64,000 bases of DNA from the human T2T-CHM13v2.0 reference genome, Homo sapiens, in the NCBI RefSeq assembly GCF_009914755.1, contig NC_060938.1. The stretch is one strand, 5' to 3'. Of the stretch, positions 1 through 36,618 are shown in pieces; positions within the stretch are counted from its first letter, which is position 1; every line of letters starts with the position of its first letter. The translations under genes and the position numbers were made by a program. The notes beneath the pieces were generated by a model. It was not told where the DNA came from, did not search any database, and was given only the letters and a program-made list of their open reading frames with translations.

Positions 1-174
<174 letters not shown>

Positions 175-334
175 TAGTTTTATTTTTGTTTTTTAAAGAA
201 GGTGGGGGGAGGGAAAGTGAGGAAAGGGGTAAAGGTTATATTTTTAAAGCATAGTCCTCCTGTTTTAGGGATAAGTACTAAAATAGGGATGACTTTACAT
301 GATATGACGACTGCTGCTTACTTTTGAAGCAGCT

Positions 335-900
335 GTGTTGTCTAAGACATACCCTGGGGTTCTTTGTCTTGTGCCAGGAAAATTTAGGGCACGGACACAC
401 ACGAGGAGTTTAGGAGTGGAGGTTTAATAAGCAGAAGAGAAGAGAAAGAGAAACAGTACTCTACGAGAGAGAAAGGTCTCCCAGTGGAAAAGACCAGCGG
501 GCAGCAGATGTGCCACATTTTAAAGGCAGGTTTGAGGAGACGGTGTCTGATTTACATAGGGCTCACAGATTGGTTCAATCAAGTATGAGATTTACATAGC
601 ACCGGGAATGCTGGACGCCCTGCCCTAATCTTATTATGTAAATGAACTCTCCCGTTGACCAGCGCCATGTTGTCTGCTCCTTACTGTACGCCTGGCGGAT
701 AAAGAGAAAAGAAGATGGAGCCGCCATCTTGAACATGATTGGCACAATTGCTGGCATCTATGTCCCTGCAGCTAGATTTTATAGGCTGCTCTTTGTTAGA
801 AAGGAAAATAAGTTGGGGCTGCTTTTCATTAAAAGGAAAATTTACCGAGGACTTCCCTACCCTCACTATCTGCCTAAGTAATTTCTTAACTCCTGTATTA
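335..900 (-). mobile_element. ERV1-class solo LTR (MER4 group, MER61-like; subfamily uncertain)
   Basis: Resembles recalled LTR consensus ...TACAGGAGTTAAGAA...TTAGGCAGATAGTGAGGG on the minus strand. Confidence 0.6.
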
Positions 901-954
901 CTTTGAAATGGGGAGAGGGAGATGGATAAAAGTATAAATGAAATAAAATTGCTC

Positions 955-2872
955 TGAGGATACAGGAAAAAAACAAACCAAAGTGCTCCCCCTATTTTCT
1001 TACTAAACAACACAGATACTTCAGTGACCAGATGTGTGGGGGTATCTCCCCATATACCAAGCAAGCAGCAGAATTCAGCTCAATTCTGACACTGTCTACC
1101 TAGGAAACAGCCTCAGATCCCGCGGATTGGAGGCTTAGTCCCACAAGACTTCAGACGCCAATCGCGAGCCCCAGGTTGTTTTGCTTGTGATTCTGACTGA
1201 CAGCTTTAAATCTGGGTTCCCAAGACCCTCTCCTTGAGTTCAATTAATTTGCTAGAGTGGCTCACAGAACTCGGATAAACACTTTACTTATATTATCGGT
1301 TTATGATAAGGGATATTACAAAGGATGCAGATAAAGAGATGCACAGGGCCAGGCATGTGGAATGGGGCACGGAGATTCCATGCCCTCCCCGGGCACATCA
1401 CCCTCCAGAAACCTCCATGTGTTCAGCTGCTTGGAGGCTCCCTGAACCCCATCTTTTTGGCTTGTATGGAAGCGTCATTACGTAGGCCTGATTGATTAAA
1501 CCGTGGCCATTGGTGATCAACTTGACCTTCAGCCCCTCTCCCTTCCCTGGAGGTTAGGCGGGGGTGGGACTGAAAGTCCCAACCCTCTGATCCTTCCCTG
1601 GTCTTTCCAGTGACCAGCAAGCTGCTGGGAGTGGCCAGCCAACAGTCAACTCATTCGTATACAGAAAATGGCATGTCACTTTAGAGATTCTAGGATTTTA
1701 GGAGTTGTATGCCAGGAAACTGGATGAAGACCAAATATATGCATACTTTTTTTTAAAAAAATGTAAGCCTTTATTTGCTTATTTTGCAAATAAAGCTGGC
1801 TGAGTTGGTTGCTTTTTGGTGGTTAGTCAAAGAGACCAAATCCCATATCCTCATCCAACTCCTCCGACTCCTCGTTTTCAAACTTAGTTGGGGCTGCCGC
1901 AGCAGCAGGAGCAGCCGTGGCGGTAGTGGCCACAGGGGCAGCAGCCACAAAGGCAGATGGATCAGCCAAGAAGGTCTTGATCTTTTCAGCAGGCGGGAAG
2001 GTGTAATCAGTCTCCACAGATAGAGCCAGGCATCCTTTGTACCCACTGATGATAGAAGGGGGTACTGATGCAACAGGTGGGTAGCCAGTTTGCAGACACA
2101 CTGGCAACATTGCGGACACCCTCCAGGAAGCCAGAATACAGAGTTTCTTCTGTGATGTCAAGCACTTCAGGGTTGTAGATACTACCATTGTTGAACACCT
2201 GCTGGATGAACAGCCCAAAGGAGAAGGGAGAGATGTTCGGCGTGTTCAGCAGTGTGGCTTCGCTGGCTCCCACTCTGTCTCCAGTCTTGATCAGCTGCAC
2301 ATCACTCAGGATTTCAGTGGTGCCCCTGGAGATTTTAGTGGTAATGCCTAAAGCCTGGAAAAAAGAAATCTTCTCGGGTCCCAGACCAGTGTTCTGGGCT
2401 GGTACAGTGACTTCACATGGGCCAATGGCACCAGCACGGGTGGCAGCTGGCACCTTATTGGCCAGCAGCAGATCCCTGACCTCAGTGAGGTCCTCCTTGG
2501 TGAACGCAAAGCCCACATTCCCCTGCAGAGGAGGCAACAGTTTCTCCAGAGCTGGGCTGTTTTCCAGTTGTCCTTGGGTGGCCTTGCGCATCATGGGGTT
2601 CCTGCCCATTGGCACCACGGCCTTCCCTTGGAGGGACAGGTGGATCTACTGTGTCTGCTTGGAGCCCACAGTGTCTGCTCCCATGATGAAACATTTCAGA
2701 TAATTATCCAAAAGCTGGATGATCTTAAGGAAGTAGTTAGACTTCCAGGTCGCCCTGTCTTCCCTGGGCATCACGGCGGTGTGTCAGGGATGGCCACGCA
2801 GGCCAACACGATGTCACTTCCACGAGGATGCCTGGTGAGAGAAGGCCCAAATATATATTTCACAATATCACA
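955..2872 (-). mobile_element. MER21A-type LTR, interrupted near its 5' end by the RPLP0 retrocopy
   Basis: Minus strand begins TGTGATATTGTGAAATATATATTTGG at 2872 and resumes TCTTC...TTTCCTGGCATACAACTCCTAAAATCC at ~1730. Confidence 0.75.
1747..2845 (-). pseudogene. RPLP0P3: Processed pseudogene of ribosomal protein P0 (RPLP0), full length from 5' TOP to poly(A) remnant; probably RPLP0P3
   Basis: Intronless RPLP0-like peptides (ALEKLL...[17 protein letters not shown]-terminal [10 protein letters not shown]). ATG at 2771-2769, nonsense TAG at 2648-2646, frameshift near 2095, AATAAA at 1775-1770, T-run 1747-54, TSD CCAAATATAT at 1731-40 and 2847-56. The P3 suffix is from recall. Confidence 0.95.
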
Positions 2873-3299
2873 ATTGCCCGTGAGCTGATAACGAAGCTAG
2901 AGATGATATCTATTTTAATATTGTGTCTACATTTGTGTATATTTGAACTTCTAAATAATACTTTTTTTAAAACACCATAGAAGACAACCACCCAGCAATA
3001 ACCGCTGTTGACATCTTGGGACATTTGTCACCTGAACCCATTTCCTATGTTTAGGGGATGCACTGTCTTGAAGCACAAATGCAAGACAATCACTTTCCCA
3101 GCCTCCCTTGTGTGGCATCTGACGGAGGCTGCCCAGACCTTGAATCAGAGGCTAACAATGGGAAAACCTGTATGCATTCTGGGCACAGCATGAGGGGTTG
3201 CGGGAGGTCGGCTGCAGGAGTGAGCTCAGCGGATCTCTCTTGCTCTCCAGGTCACCCGGAGAATCTTAAGGCTTCCCCAAATCCTCTTCACAAATCTCT

Positions 3300-4276
<977 letters not shown>

Positions 4277-4794
4277 TGACCCCCTCACAGAGGGCTCCAG
4301 GCAAGGCCCCAGGAGGGGGTGTTCATCTCTCTCTAACCAGGTCGGGCTTCCCTACTGAGTTGCATCCCCATTACCGTCAGCGATCTGCCACCTGGCCCAC
4401 TGCTGACCACAGGAGCAGAGGCTTCTCTCACCTTCCATGACTTGAGAGGACTCCCAGAGGTCCAGGGCCTTCCAGGCTTGCACCTGGGGTGGGCCCATGA
4501 CAGCCCTCCGTTTCATGCCTCCACCTGGTGGGTCATGCCCCCCAGCCTCAAGGCAGCTCCTGTGGGTCAGGGCTGCGCTGAGCAGGTGTTGGAGGCTGGG
4601 AAGGGCCTGGTGAAGGGGGCTCCCCACTGGCAAGGGACAAAGTCAGGGAGGGTCAAGAGGAAGACTAGATGTTCCAGTTTGTCCTTAGAGGATCTGGTTC
4701 CTCAGGTCCTGGCCACCCTATGAGTAGGGGAACAGGAAGTTTTGGCTTGCAGGGAACAACGTGCCTACAGGGAGGGCTGTCAGATGCTCTTCAC

Positions 4795-5040
4795 ATTAGT
4801 GATAATTAATCATCCTAATTGAAGCTGTCACCTACTGAGTGCCTACTATGTGTCTGGCACTTTGCCAGAGCTTTACAGACATCATGAGTCATAGCTAAGC
4901 CTCACAGCCACTCTGCAAGGCAGCTGCGGTCACCCTGCTTTAGAGATGAGGAATTGAGTCTCAGAGAGGTTAAGCCACTAGCCCAGGGTTACATGGTGTA
5001 GAGAGTAGGGCCTCCAGTGGGAGCCAGGTTGGTCTGAACC
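4795..5040. mobile_element. MIR
   Basis: TTTAGAGATGAGGAATTGAGTCTCAGAGAGGTTAAG core. Confidence 0.7.
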
Positions 5041-5313
5041 TCCAATGGAGAATGATCGATTGCTCTGAAGGCTGTCTCTGTCATGAGAGCCACCCAGGGT
5101 GTTCCTGGTTGTTGGCCTTCCCAGGACCTGGCCTTCCCAGGTCTCCCCTCAGACAGGCCTCGCAGGCGTCTTCATTCTATACCCATCTCCACCCCAGTGG
5201 GTCAGCTGGAAATGGGCTCAAAACTTAATCACACAATTACCTCAGCCGTGGCTTCCCTGCAGCCTCTGAGGAGGCAGAGTTTTTTCTCCTTTGCTGGTAG
5301 GTTTCTGCTGTCA

Positions 5314-5797
<484 letters not shown>

Positions 5798-5889
5798 CCT
5801 CCTGGGATAGTATCCTGAGCTGGGACCAGAGCTACCTGGAGCCTCTTTGCCAGCAGCCAAGTCTTGGGTGTCAAGATGGCACCTAAGGC

Positions 5890-6577
<688 letters not shown>

Positions 6578-7139
6578 AGCTGTGCTCATGCCATTTCCTA
6601 TGGACTTACAGCATCTGTCACTTACTTTTCACACACTCCTATGAGGTATCTTTTCAATGTTTCCTATGAGAAAAATTTTACACAATAGAAACAGTAGCAA
6701 ATGACTTCTCAGAGTAAAATAAGTTTATTTGGTGGCCAGGGCCATGTAAGATTAACACCAGCTGCACTGGAAAATGGCAGCTGTTGAGAAGCCTTGAACA
6801 TCTTCAGTAAAATGAGGAGGCTCACCCTGACCAGTCTGGGAACAAAGAGCTTTGGAGCCAAAGGGAGCAGGTTTGAGTCCCAGAATGGCCAATTTTCTTG
6901 GTTTCATCACCTCAGACAAGTTACCAAGCCTCTTTGAACCTTGGTTTCCTCAATAATGTCCCCCTGTGATGATCACATATGCCTGGCATATAGTCATTGT
7001 TTCATAAATGACACCTACTACCATTATTATTCACCCATAGCTGGATTAGCTGGGTCCTCTGCAGTGTGAATTATAGTGTGATGGGATTGGAGCTAAGGCT
7101 CGTCAGTGATAGGTGAGATTCTAAAACAGGTAAGGCTTG

Positions 7140-9569
<2,430 letters not shown>

Positions 9570-9796
9570 TCAGTTTACTGGGGTCTCCTGAGGTCTCAGA
9601 ACTTGCATTTTCTGCATTATTATATAGTTTCCATGAGACAGTATTTCCATTAACATAAAACATCAGAAATTCAAACCATCCTTTGTAATATTTGCCCAGT
9701 TTTGGTAGTATAGCAACAGATACATAAGGAACATATTGACGATTGATGACCTGAAAACACTTTTGTTAATTCCTGTGTGTGCTTGGTAGCTGCTGC

Positions 9797-14223
<4,427 letters not shown>

Positions 14224-15206
14224 TTACAGAGTACAAATGCAGATTTTTTATATTGTATAGCGGTAAAGTCTGGGCTTTCAGTATACCCATCTTTATTCTT
14301 CTCTCTACCTAGGCAAGAGAGCCATTTTAGGGATGAAAACCTCAAGATAGAGCACCTAAGCCAAGTTTCACATTACTGGTTTCTTGTGACATTTGCTCCT
14401 GTAGAATCGTCCAGTACAATCAGTAGACTGAACTGATAAGACCCTTCAAGCCTTTATTACTTTTCTACTACAGCCAATAACACATAGATTTAAGAGATGG
14501 AATGCTCTTAAAAGATGTTTACCCCAAAACGAGCACGTATGAAATATGTTAACCACCTATTTCTCCTGCAAGGTGACCCTAGACAGGACATTCTCTCTGG
14601 ACTTGTTTCTCCTGGTATGACATAAAGAACGTTGCGTAACAGCTTGTTTTTCTTTAGCACTACGTGCCTGCCGCTCTGCTATGCATTTTACGTGGATTGT
14701 CTTATGTAATTTTCACAACAGCCCAGCTAATAAATGAGAAAACTGAGGCTCAGAGGTGAGCATCTGCTAACAAATGTCAGTGCAGTCCCATTTCTGAGCC
14801 TATGTCCTTAGGAACTTCCTGTATTAGTGAGATCTTTCCCAGCTCTATATGAATTCAGCATATTCTTCTTGGCCAAAATAATTTCCTCAACTGGCAATTA
14901 GGGTCCAGGAAGTTTAAATCAACGGGATGACAGAATGACAATGGAGAGGTCTCCAACCACAGGCCAAACAGCATGCTTCCACCCCAAGCCTGAGATTGGT
15001 AATTTCCTATAACCTTGCAACAGCCTCCCTCCCACACACTGGGCCCAGGGTGCCTGCAAAGCTTTGCTGGAGGCTGGGTGTCAGGTGTGAGAAGCTGCTG
15101 GGAGTTACCTCCTCCCTCACACTGCTCCACCTCCACCTCTGCCGGAGGATGGAACTTCAGAACCGGAGGCCCACGGCAGCCTGAAGAAAATGATCAGGAT
15201 AACTCA

Positions 15207-15706
15207 TTTGTAAAAATCTGTTTAATAAATATACATCATAAAAGTACCAAAATAATTACCAACAATACATTATGTACACCATTTACAGGAGGGTAACACA
15301 AACCTTGACAGGTAGTAACTTTTCACCCCACATCACTGAACGCTTAACACTCCTGGCTGTTACATGTCACAGGATACCACTGGGGTCAGTCACTCGAAGC
15401 ACAATAAATATAAAATGTGGTCCTTCCATGAAATTTTTGATAACCTTCTCCAAAAACCCCACAAAGGTGAGGTTTAAAAGAAGTTTTCTCAGAATTTCAA
15501 TGATCTTTCTCGTCCCCTACAAAAAGTTCACAAAAGCAACAAAATGAGGGCTGATCCTACCACAATAAGACGTTTTGGGCCAGGCAGTGTGCAGTGTGGA
15601 TATAAGTACACCCTTTAAATTTTTTCTTCTTTTTTCTTTTTTTAGAAAAATAAAACTTTTTTTTTGTACAAATATACAAGTCCATGTTCTTTCAGCCCCT
15701 TTGCGC
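15207..15706 (-). other. NFKBIA: NFKBIA 3' UTR (~500 nt) with three ATTTA pentamers (15616-20, 15405-09, 15226-30), a Pumilio element TGTACATA (15271-78) and a miR-34/449 seed match CACTGCC (15583-89)
   Basis: Motifs read on the reverse complement; 3' end inferred ~12-15 nt past ATTAAA. Confidence 0.85.
15221..15226 (-). terminator. NFKBIA polyadenylation signal ATTAAA
   Basis: tttaat on + strand at the end of the AU-rich UTR. Confidence 0.85.
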
Positions 15707-18800
<3,094 letters not shown>

Positions 18801-20813
18801 ATCGATTTGAATTGGGGTCGTCGGCTGCTGAGATCCCAAGGACGCCGACCTGATGGGCGGTCCCTCTTTGGGGTTTGCCAACCTGCCGGTCCTTTCCGTT
18901 TTTTGATCTTTTGAAAACGCAAGAGTGGAAATGATGGCTGGGCGTAGGGATTTGCTTTCCCCAGACTTCTAAGGGGAAGGACGCACTGTGGTTAGGGGGC
19001 TGCAGGCCGCGCCGGTGTTTCTGCCTATACCAGGCTCTTTGCAGCAAAGGAACTTTTAGCTTCGCCCCCACCCCCCCACGCACCCCCGCCAGGTAGAAGT
19101 TGTGAAAGCTTTGGAGGAGTGAAAAGCCTAAATCCTTGGAGAACTCTCAAATCACTTCCTAGGGATGAACAGCCCTGTTGACTGGGGGAGGGGCAAACGC
19201 TCCCTGTATGGGGAAACTGCTGAATAGGACCATGATTTTTTTTGTTTCCCAAGTAAAGCAAGGTGTTAATGTTTGTAGTGGTGGTTGTGGATACCTTGCA
19301 ATAGCAGAGTAGCTATTGTGTTCATAAGTAGCTATTCGTTTATGCTATCTGACCTACATTGTGCTCCCGCAGAAAAAGGATCGTGAGCCTACTTCTGGGC
19401 ACCCAAATTCGAGGAGAACTTAGAGAAGGAGGCTGAAGAATGAGTTTAGTTAGTGCCTTAACCGCGATTGGACCTTAAGGACCACTAAGAAAGTAGTTGC
19501 CAGGCATCCTGCGGGAGGCTCAAGGTAGTCCCATCCTGCCCGCCCCTCCTTGCTCTCTTGTCCTGGGGGACAGTAGCAGTTGGACCCATTCACGCCACCT
19601 GGGTAGAAAGGGGTTTCGGCTCACTATGCTCTGGTTTCACCTGCAGAAATATAATTTATGCTCTCCACTCCACCTCCACCTCCAAGCCTGCAAGCCATGG
19701 ACTGAATTCATCTACTTGGTAGAATTGGTACAGGCAAAATAAAGCAAACTTCGGTCAGAGCTCTTCAGAATTAGTCCCAGGAGGCCTCTGTAGTTCTGCA
19801 GAGATTTCTGGTGATTATTGCAATCATCTTTACCTTGACTGGCCTTGTACTAACCAATCCTTCCCCTCTCTTCGTATCTCCACCCCTCCCCTAATATTAG
19901 AATGAAAGAAATCTGACTCGATAGAGAGAGACCAAGTATGAAGGGAAAAAAATTAAAATCAGATAGACCCTCCAGGGTAATAATGATCACATGTTACAAT
20001 GAAAACTTCCCAGGGATAGACACCATTGTCTCTGCAGGTTTATGATATGCAAATCTACAATGATTGAGGCAAGGTGAAACAGTGACTGCAATGGGACATC
20101 TCAATTCCAGGTTCTATCTTTACTTGACTGCACATTAGTTGGAGAGGTCAGTTAACTTTTTTGTGGTATACTTAACTTTTATAATAAGATTAGATTGAAT
20201 GTTACTTAAGGTCTTTTCTAGCTTAAAAGTCATATTGCTTGTCTACAAATGCATGCCTAACTCTCCTTTGTAAGGGTGACCATGGCTCTTGGAAATGTCA
20301 GGGTATAAATTTTTGAAAGAATTCCAGCGCCTTATGTACCACATTGTTCTCAGAACTAATCTTGTAAGATAGATATTGTTCCTACTTCCCTAAAAAGAAA
20401 CTGAAATGCATAGAAATTTACCCAGGAACCCCTTGGCAGTATATTAATCATTTGGCCAAAGCAGTCTTAGTATTAACACTTTTGAAAACACGCTGTGAAA
20501 ATCAGACTGACTACACTATAATTTGGAATGTACTCAAAAGTATTTTCTACTCCAACTGTTAGGGAAAATAAAGGGTGGGTGTCCCCTGACCCCCATCTGG
20601 GGATAGTCACTTCTTTTAAACAAGTACAGAAACATCAAACTCTAAATGTCCCAATTATAGAGGATACATCAGAAGAAGATATTTGGCTTCAGGTATAAAA
20701 ATGGTTATAAAAAATAAAAATATCTGAGGAATAAGGTTTTTTTGCACCACCTTCTATGGTTTTATATTTCTGGTAGCCTTCAGGATCTTGGTGTTTATTC
20801 CTGATTGTTTTGT

Positions 20814-20828
20814 GTGACACCTAGTGGT
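20814..20828 (-). promoter_or_regulatory. Candidate CTCF site CCACTAGGTGTCAC
   Basis: Match to the CTCF core with one deviation. Confidence 0.5.
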
Positions 20829-21031
20829 AAGAGTAAGGCACAGGCGTTCCTTGATTTGTCATAGTGCCTTTTGCAAAAATTGGGAGGTGCTGAGCCTTGA
20901 TGACTTGTCCCTACAGTGGAGATTTCCAAGGAGGTACCTATTGTTTTCCTGCGACTCTGGGAAACAGTTTTGAATAATGTGATCCAACAGGTTTTCTCCC
21001 CATCATCTATAGCGCTATATGGTTTAAGTCA

Positions 21032-28512
<7,481 letters not shown>

Positions 28513-30359
28513 TGAATATTGGGCCACATATTGTCTTATACTGCTTAGTTATTGCTTGTGTCCCTAGTTAAACACAGAATAGTGTTGGGTGGGGCAGGGG
28601 CTGCTGGGTGGGGAGGAGACATTCATTTCTTCTGTGTCTCTCTTACCCTGGGCTTCCCTTGCCATTGATTCAGGCATGAGTATCCCCTTTGCTTCATACC
28701 TGTCATAATTTTTCTTGGACCCTCCTCCTCTGTTAATACCTCACTTTGCATGCAATCGATTTCATTCTTTTCTATCTAGAAATTATCTCAAGAGGCCATC
28801 GGGTCCAGCTTCTGCTTTCAGGCAAGTAAAGTGTTACCATTCCCATTTTACAAAGGATGCAGACACTCTGAAATAAAGGCTATTAGGAGGATGGGGGCAC
28901 ATCAGAGCCACCATATCCCATCCTATCCTAGAGGAATTGAATGTGAGTAGAAGTGAACAGATTATAAATAGACCTAGATAGTGTCCTCCTTCTCTTCTTT
29001 TCTTTTCTGTTGCCTGAGAGTAACCTCTGGGGTGGAGCCCAGGGTAGAGGAGGAAGGCTCCTTTTCAAACCTTCAGTTAAGGAGTTAAGGAGATAGGTGA
29101 TGTCCTGGAGGCTTGCTTAGTCCAGCTCCCCAGGGCAAGAGATCTAACAGGAAATTGGGGCAGAAGCTCTAGTTTAGAGGAATAGATGAGCATTTGCCTG
29201 GAGTATTCCCCATGTTAGAAATGTACTGGGGACATAGAATGGTGGGAAGGAAGCAGAATGAGAATGAGTGTTGTTGGTTGAAAGGCCATCTGACAAAGTG
29301 ATGCATACTTAGACCTCTCATTGAGGACTGCAAGGCTAACGGCCCATGGACATATGACTGGCTGGCCCAGGTAGGGGTGTGGTGGCCAAGGCCCACCTGC
29401 TGCCCTTCTGGGGTGCTCTTTAATGGCTTTCAGAAGCAGAGGTATTTGCAACACCAAAATTTCATAAGCTCAAGAGCTTGACCCAGTTTAACAGAGTATA
29501 CATAAACCAATAATATTTAAAATGAAAAGCCCATTGGTGTACAGAGAATGATGTATGCTTTGCAGTCTGACTAAGGCAACATCTGGAACAACTGATTTCC
29601 CAGGAAAGTTTCCCTTGAAGAGGAAACCCTAGGCAGTTTAGATCCGGGTAGACTTCACATCTTGGACTTTGGGCACAGAGAACTTCATTCAAATACTATT
29701 ACATATGAACATATACTAAATTGTTTTATAAAAGTGGTACAGGAGGCTATTTGACGTATTGAGCCTCAGGGCATCACTGCAGCTTTCCGTTGTTAAAGGC
29801 CTTAACCTTCTCACTTTGTCTTTTCACTAGCAAGATTGAGTCTATCGATTTGTCAGGCCAGCTCAGTGACAAGACTGGAAATTAACTTAGAGGTATATGG
29901 GAGGGTTGTTGTCTGCAGGGTGTTGAACTGAGGCTAAAAATAGGTGGGGATTCCTGGGGCAGCCTCCTTCGTGGTCACAGGCACCACAAAAGGAAAACTC
30001 AGCAGGGAAATTTGCTTTCGAGCCCTGCCCACAAGGGAGGGTAAAAGCCCCCACCTCTGTCGCTCCCCACAGGAAAAGCTCAGGGTGACAGTGAGTTTGG
30101 TGCTTTCAAAATGTCAGGGCTCTCACAGACAGGCTGTCACCCCTTCCCGCCCCCAGACTTCTGATCAGAGGCTTTCCCTCTGGGTAAATTCACTTTCTTA
30201 GTTCAAGCTCAAATGTCTGTCCCTGACTGCCTGTAGCTATGTTTTGTCGCAGGCCTGATTAAGATAAAGGGAATGTGAAATATTGACACAACAGGGTTAA
30301 TATGGGGGAGAAAAAAAACTCTAAAGAAGCAAAGCACTGTAGGTAGGGAAAGCAAAACC

Positions 30360-33560
<3,201 letters not shown>

Positions 33561-34235
33561 TGGGACCTTAGGAACTGATTTTGACAATATTTAGTAAATT
33601 CCCCTAGAAAATATCACTCCATTTCTCTTGCTTTAAAACATATTTTGAGGGAACTTTAGGTCCCAGCCTTGAGTGGGCCCCAGAAGCTCCCAATCCTAAA
33701 GGGTATAGAAGTTCCCTCCACAAAGTGGCTGATCAGTGTGCCAAGTTGCGTGTTTTCCCAAAGCAACAGAGTACAGACCCATATGGAGAGACGTATATGG
33801 AAGGAAATAGGTTTCTTTGGCCACCTTTTCTGTATAAATGTGCCCTACTCCATCCTCCCCCAACCCACACCCCAACTCCTATCCTCAGCTTCTTCACTAA
33901 ATTCCAAGTGAATTGCCCTGGCAATGTCTACCACATTTTTTCTGTATTACGAATTTCATCGTCTACACTTCTGGGAAAAATTAACCCCACCCTTATGACT
34001 TGTGAGCTGTGGCTCAGACCTTCAGTCCTTTTTATGGTCAAGCTTTTGGGTCTTGGCCCACCCACAACCACCTGTAATGGGAAAAAAACCTCATTAAAAC
34101 ATTAAAGGACTTTTTGTCATCCTGGAAGGTTACTAAACTTATATTCGAACAAATAGAAATCTTCAAAGTATAATAGTTGCCACAGTCAAAGGCAGATTAC
34201 TAGGCTGAATAGATCATTGGTCTAAGAAAGTTGTG

Positions 34236-34558
34236 GAAAAAAAATCATGTCCTTTGCAGCGACACAGATGCAGCTGGAGGTCATTATCCTAAGTGAATTA
34301 GTGCAGGAACAGAAAACCACATGCTGCGTGTTATCACTTATAAGTGGGAGCTAAACACTGGGTCACATGGACATAAAGATGGTAACAGTAGACACTGAGG
34401 ACTACAGAAGGGAGAAGGGAGGGAGGGGGGGAAGAGACTGAAAAACTAGCTCCTGGGTACTATGCTCACTACCTGGGTGACAGGTTCCATTATACCCCAA
34501 ACCTCAGCATCACTTATTACACCCTTGTCACAAACATGCACATGTACCCCCTGAATCT
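34236..34558 (+). mobile_element. L1 3' end fragment (L1PB/L1MA-like)
   Basis: ATCATGTCCTTTGCAG, TCACTTATAAGTGGGAGCTAA, CATGTACCCCCTGAATCTA. Confidence 0.8.
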
Positions 34559-34862
34559 AGTACTTGACTATGTTGTCTTGGAACCTGGAGCTAGGTCCTG
34601 CAAAAAAAACTTGGAACTATAAAGATGCAGTCCTGAACTCTAAGAGATTATATTCTAAAATAAAATGTCTTAGACCTCTGAGGATGTAGGGGTATTTATG
34701 AAATTAATGTTTTCCTATTGGTACGTGAGAAATACTTTCTAGCAGAAAAACTACCAAAAAATGCAAGCCTCCCTCACATTTTGGTTTTAAGCCTTCAGAG
34801 ACTACATTTATTATCTTGAACAGAATATAATTTTGAAGTCATATTGGCAAATTGTCAAGTTA

Positions 34863-35228
<366 letters not shown>

Positions 35229-36273
35229 TCACTGATGACTTTTCCAGATTTGAATTGGCTCTTGGGGGCCCACATAGAGCAGAGGGTGAATTTCTATAGG
35301 TGAACTTGCCAACCTCTCTAGAGCAGGCCCTGCTGCTCCACCTAGAATAACACATCACATGCAGGTTACTTCAAGATCCTAGCTGCTTCTGCTCCTAGGA
35401 TCTGACAGCTGTTTGGGACAGGGACATTTTTTGCTGTTATTGATCTCTAAACTCTTAGACTGTAAGAGCTAGAAGTGACCTTTAAGGTCATTTAATCCAA
35501 CTGTTCCTTTTATACTTGAAGCAAGTCTTTAACATCCTTGCCAAGGGCTCCAGCAATTTTGGTCAAACACCTCTATCTAGTGTTTACACTTAGGAATAAT
35601 CTTAGGTGAGAACAAATATCCTGATTCCATGTACTGAGGAAGGCTTTTGTGCAGGAGGTAAGTTTTGGTGTGGTTAATATATTCAATTTAAATGTTATTC
35701 AGTTCAATTAAAAAAGATGAAAAGGAAACTTGGCTAATGCTTTTTTTTTTTTTGTCAAATGAAACAATATTGTGGATGAATAATCAAGAATATTTCTTTG
35801 GAATACAGATAAATGGTAAACACTAATCCTAAATATCCATCATATTTGCCATCCTAATTAAAAAAATCCCAAATGCCAGACCACAATAGCAAAATGCTTA
35901 ATAGTGCTGCCTACCCCAGTAAGCCATCATGGCTTGTCTCCAACAACACAAACAGATTTTATGGCCCAGTCTTTACATGAATCACTCTGTGAAAATGATA
36001 GCAAATGTAATAACCCCAGACAGCTGCAATTATCTAAGTGTCTCCCTATTAGCCATTTGAATGGCTGAAGCCTTATAATCAAATTAGAGTGAATGCTAAT
36101 TGAAATCTAATAGAGCTTATATCCATGTGATTAGATATCAGAATTTGATTCCAATATTGTTAAATTACAGACAGGGCCCATCAAGTCATACTAAAATGCG
36201 GTAACCTCAATGACAAAAGGAGATGGATTCTTTCAATAAAGAGAGCAAGCCGGAACCAGTTTGTATGGTGTTA

Positions 36274-36288
36274 CCGCCACCTACTGGG
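36274..36288 (-). promoter_or_regulatory. Candidate CTCF site CCCAGTAGGTGGCGG
   Basis: Close match to the CTCF core in a locally CpG-retaining unique stretch, with an ETS-like CCGGAA ~25 nt away. Confidence 0.65.
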
Positions 36289-36294
36289 ACTTAG

Positions 36295-36618
<324 letters not shown>

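Noticed and set aside
2846-2846. Possible untemplated cap-derived G at the RPLP0 retrocopy 5' junction
   Set aside because: A single base that is ambiguous with the TSD edge and the parent's upstream sequence; cannot be resolved here.
15424-15432. Roquin CDE-like TTCCATGAA in the 3' UTR region
   Set aside because: The pyrimidine-purine-pyrimidine loop is on the + strand; the mRNA reads UUC-AUG-GAA, which does not fit the CDE loop.
20771-20786. Exact 16-nt match TGGTAGCCTTCAGGAT to NFKBIA exon 3 (16872-87)
   Set aside because: A 16-mer self-match in 64 kb has a chance expectation of order 0.5, and the homology does not extend.
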